Source: the human T2T-CHM13v2.0 reference genome, Homo sapiens
Strand: one strand, 5' to 3'
Length of the DNA stretch: 64,000 nt
NCBI RefSeq assembly: GCF_009914755.1
Contig: NC_060926.1
Within the stretch, counting starts at the first letter, position 1. Each line of letters begins with the position of its first letter. The notes beneath the pieces are model-generated. The model was given only the letters and a program-made list of their open reading frames with translations, was not told where the DNA came from and searched no databases. Shown piece by piece: positions 62,400 through 64,000 of the stretch. The position numbers were made by a program, and so were the translations under genes.

Positions 62400-63400
62400 T
62401 TGCTAACTAGATTTTTTTAAATTAAAAAAGAGATATGCACTTATAATTAAAAAATAAAATTAGGCCAGACGTGGTGGCTTACGCCTGTAATCCCAGCACT
62501 TTGGGAGGCGGAGGCTGGCAGATCACCTGAGGTCAGGAGTTCAATATCAGCCTGGCCAACATGGTGAAATCCCGTCTCTACTAAAAATATGAAAACTAGC
62601 CGGGCATGGTTCCACACGTCTATAATCCCAGCTACTCAGGAGGCTGAGGCAGGAGAATCACTTGAACCCAGGAGGCAAAGGTTACGGTGAGCCGAGATCA
62701 TGCCACTTTACTCCAGACTGGGCAACAGAGCAAGACTCCATCTCAAAAAAAAATTAAAAGTAAAAAATTAAATTAAACAGAGCAAGCAAACAGTTCCCCT
62801 CTCAGAAACAACTATTCTTCTCAATTTCTGAGTCTTCTTCCAAGTATTTCTAGGCAGTTCCTAGTATATAACTATAAATAAACACAAACATATGTGTGTG
62901 GTGTGTATTGTTTTCCTTTTTTCACAAAAGAAATCATACATTACACACAGCTCTGCACCTTGAATTGTTTTCACTTAATTCTGTATTGAGGTATTTGTTC
63001 CATATCAACACGTGCACACCTTTCATGGCTGTGAACTATTCCAGATTGTGATGTCTTGCCATCTGTGTCAGTTGTCTGTCAGTTGATATCTAGTCTGTTT
63101 CCAGTTTTTCACAGCAATGAAAGTCTTTCTACAGGCATCTTTGTATATATGTGAGTGTATCTGGAGCTCAGCTTCCTTGAAGTGTAATTGATGGGGCAAA
63201 GGAATGAGCAATTCGCATTATGATAGATATCATCCAATAGTCCTCTAAAAATTTGCACCAAATTGTACAAAAAATCACTTTTTGGTCTCTGCCAATCTGA
63301 GATATGAAAAAAACAGTATCTCATTTTAATTTGCATTCTTTATGATGAGAGATGTTAGCTTTTTTTTTTTTTCATGTTTCCAAATCATTTGTATTTCTGT
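62400..63400 (-). mobile_element. L1M fragment interrupted by AluS (+, 62463-62770)
   Basis: tctcattttaatttgcattctttatgatgagaga L1 motif. Confidence 0.7.
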
Positions 63401-63559
63401 CTCTCTCTCTCACTTCTCTTTAACAATATTCAAGGAGCCACTCTCGGCCAGGCTGTTCGTTCTTTAAGTCACATAGGCAGTGTCTGGGGCCTATCAAAAT
63501 TTTATGCTCCTGCAAAAAGGTTTGAGACTTGGAAGGTGAGAGGGGACATACTGGCTTCA

Positions 63560-63863
63560 TTTTTTTTTTTTTTTTTTTTGAGACAGAGTCTCACTCTGTT
63601 GCCCAGGCTTGAGTACAGTGGCGTGATCTCTGCTCACTGCAATCTCCACCTCCCAGGTTCAAGTGATTCTCGCCCCTCAGCCTCCTGAGTAGCTGGGATT
63701 ACCAGACACTCACCCACCACACCCGGCTAATTTTTGTATTTTTAGTAGAGACAGGGTTTCACCATGTTGGCCAGGCTCGTCTCAACTCCTGACCTCAAGA
63801 GATCCACCCGCCTCAGCCTCCCAAAATGCTGAGATTACAGGCGTGAGCCACCGTGCCCAGCCC
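63560..63863 (-). mobile_element. AluS
   Basis: Full Alu. Confidence 0.95.
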
Positions 63864-64000
63864 AAAGTATTTTTTAAAAACCAGAAAATGAAAACGAAAA
63901 TTATGTCATTTAATGTCAATAAACCATAATTGTATGACAACTTCATTAATTGGAAAGCCTGGAAATCATGACTATTTCATTACATTTTAAAGCTATTGGT

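Overview
Primate (almost certainly human) GC-rich, Alu-dense genomic DNA. No intact protein-coding gene is supportable; most long ORFs in the track are Alu/LTR translations or GC-rich noise. Much of the window is interspersed repeat: about 35 Alus, MaLR/ERVL LTRs including two proviral structures, L1M/L2/MIR relics and DNA-transposon MITEs. It also holds a retroposed U6 pseudogene, an orphan CpG island rich in homeodomain/SOX motifs (~15.9-16.7 kb) and a near-consensus CTCF site (~42.6 kb). Two observations stand out. (1) A chimeric provirus at 30838-34501 has an ERVL MLT2 5' LTR but a MaLR MLT1A0 internal region and 3' LTR, joined at the tRNA-Leu PBS and flanked by one 5-bp TSD (GGAAT). (2) About 13 splice-site-bounded, mostly phase-compatible, stop-interrupted exon remnants on the minus strand (~42.3 kb to ~3 kb) look like a decayed multi-exon gene (candidate unitary pseudogene). 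Repeat subfamily names come from recalled consensus sequences and boundaries are approximate unless a TSD is quoted. The chromosomal locus could not be identified.
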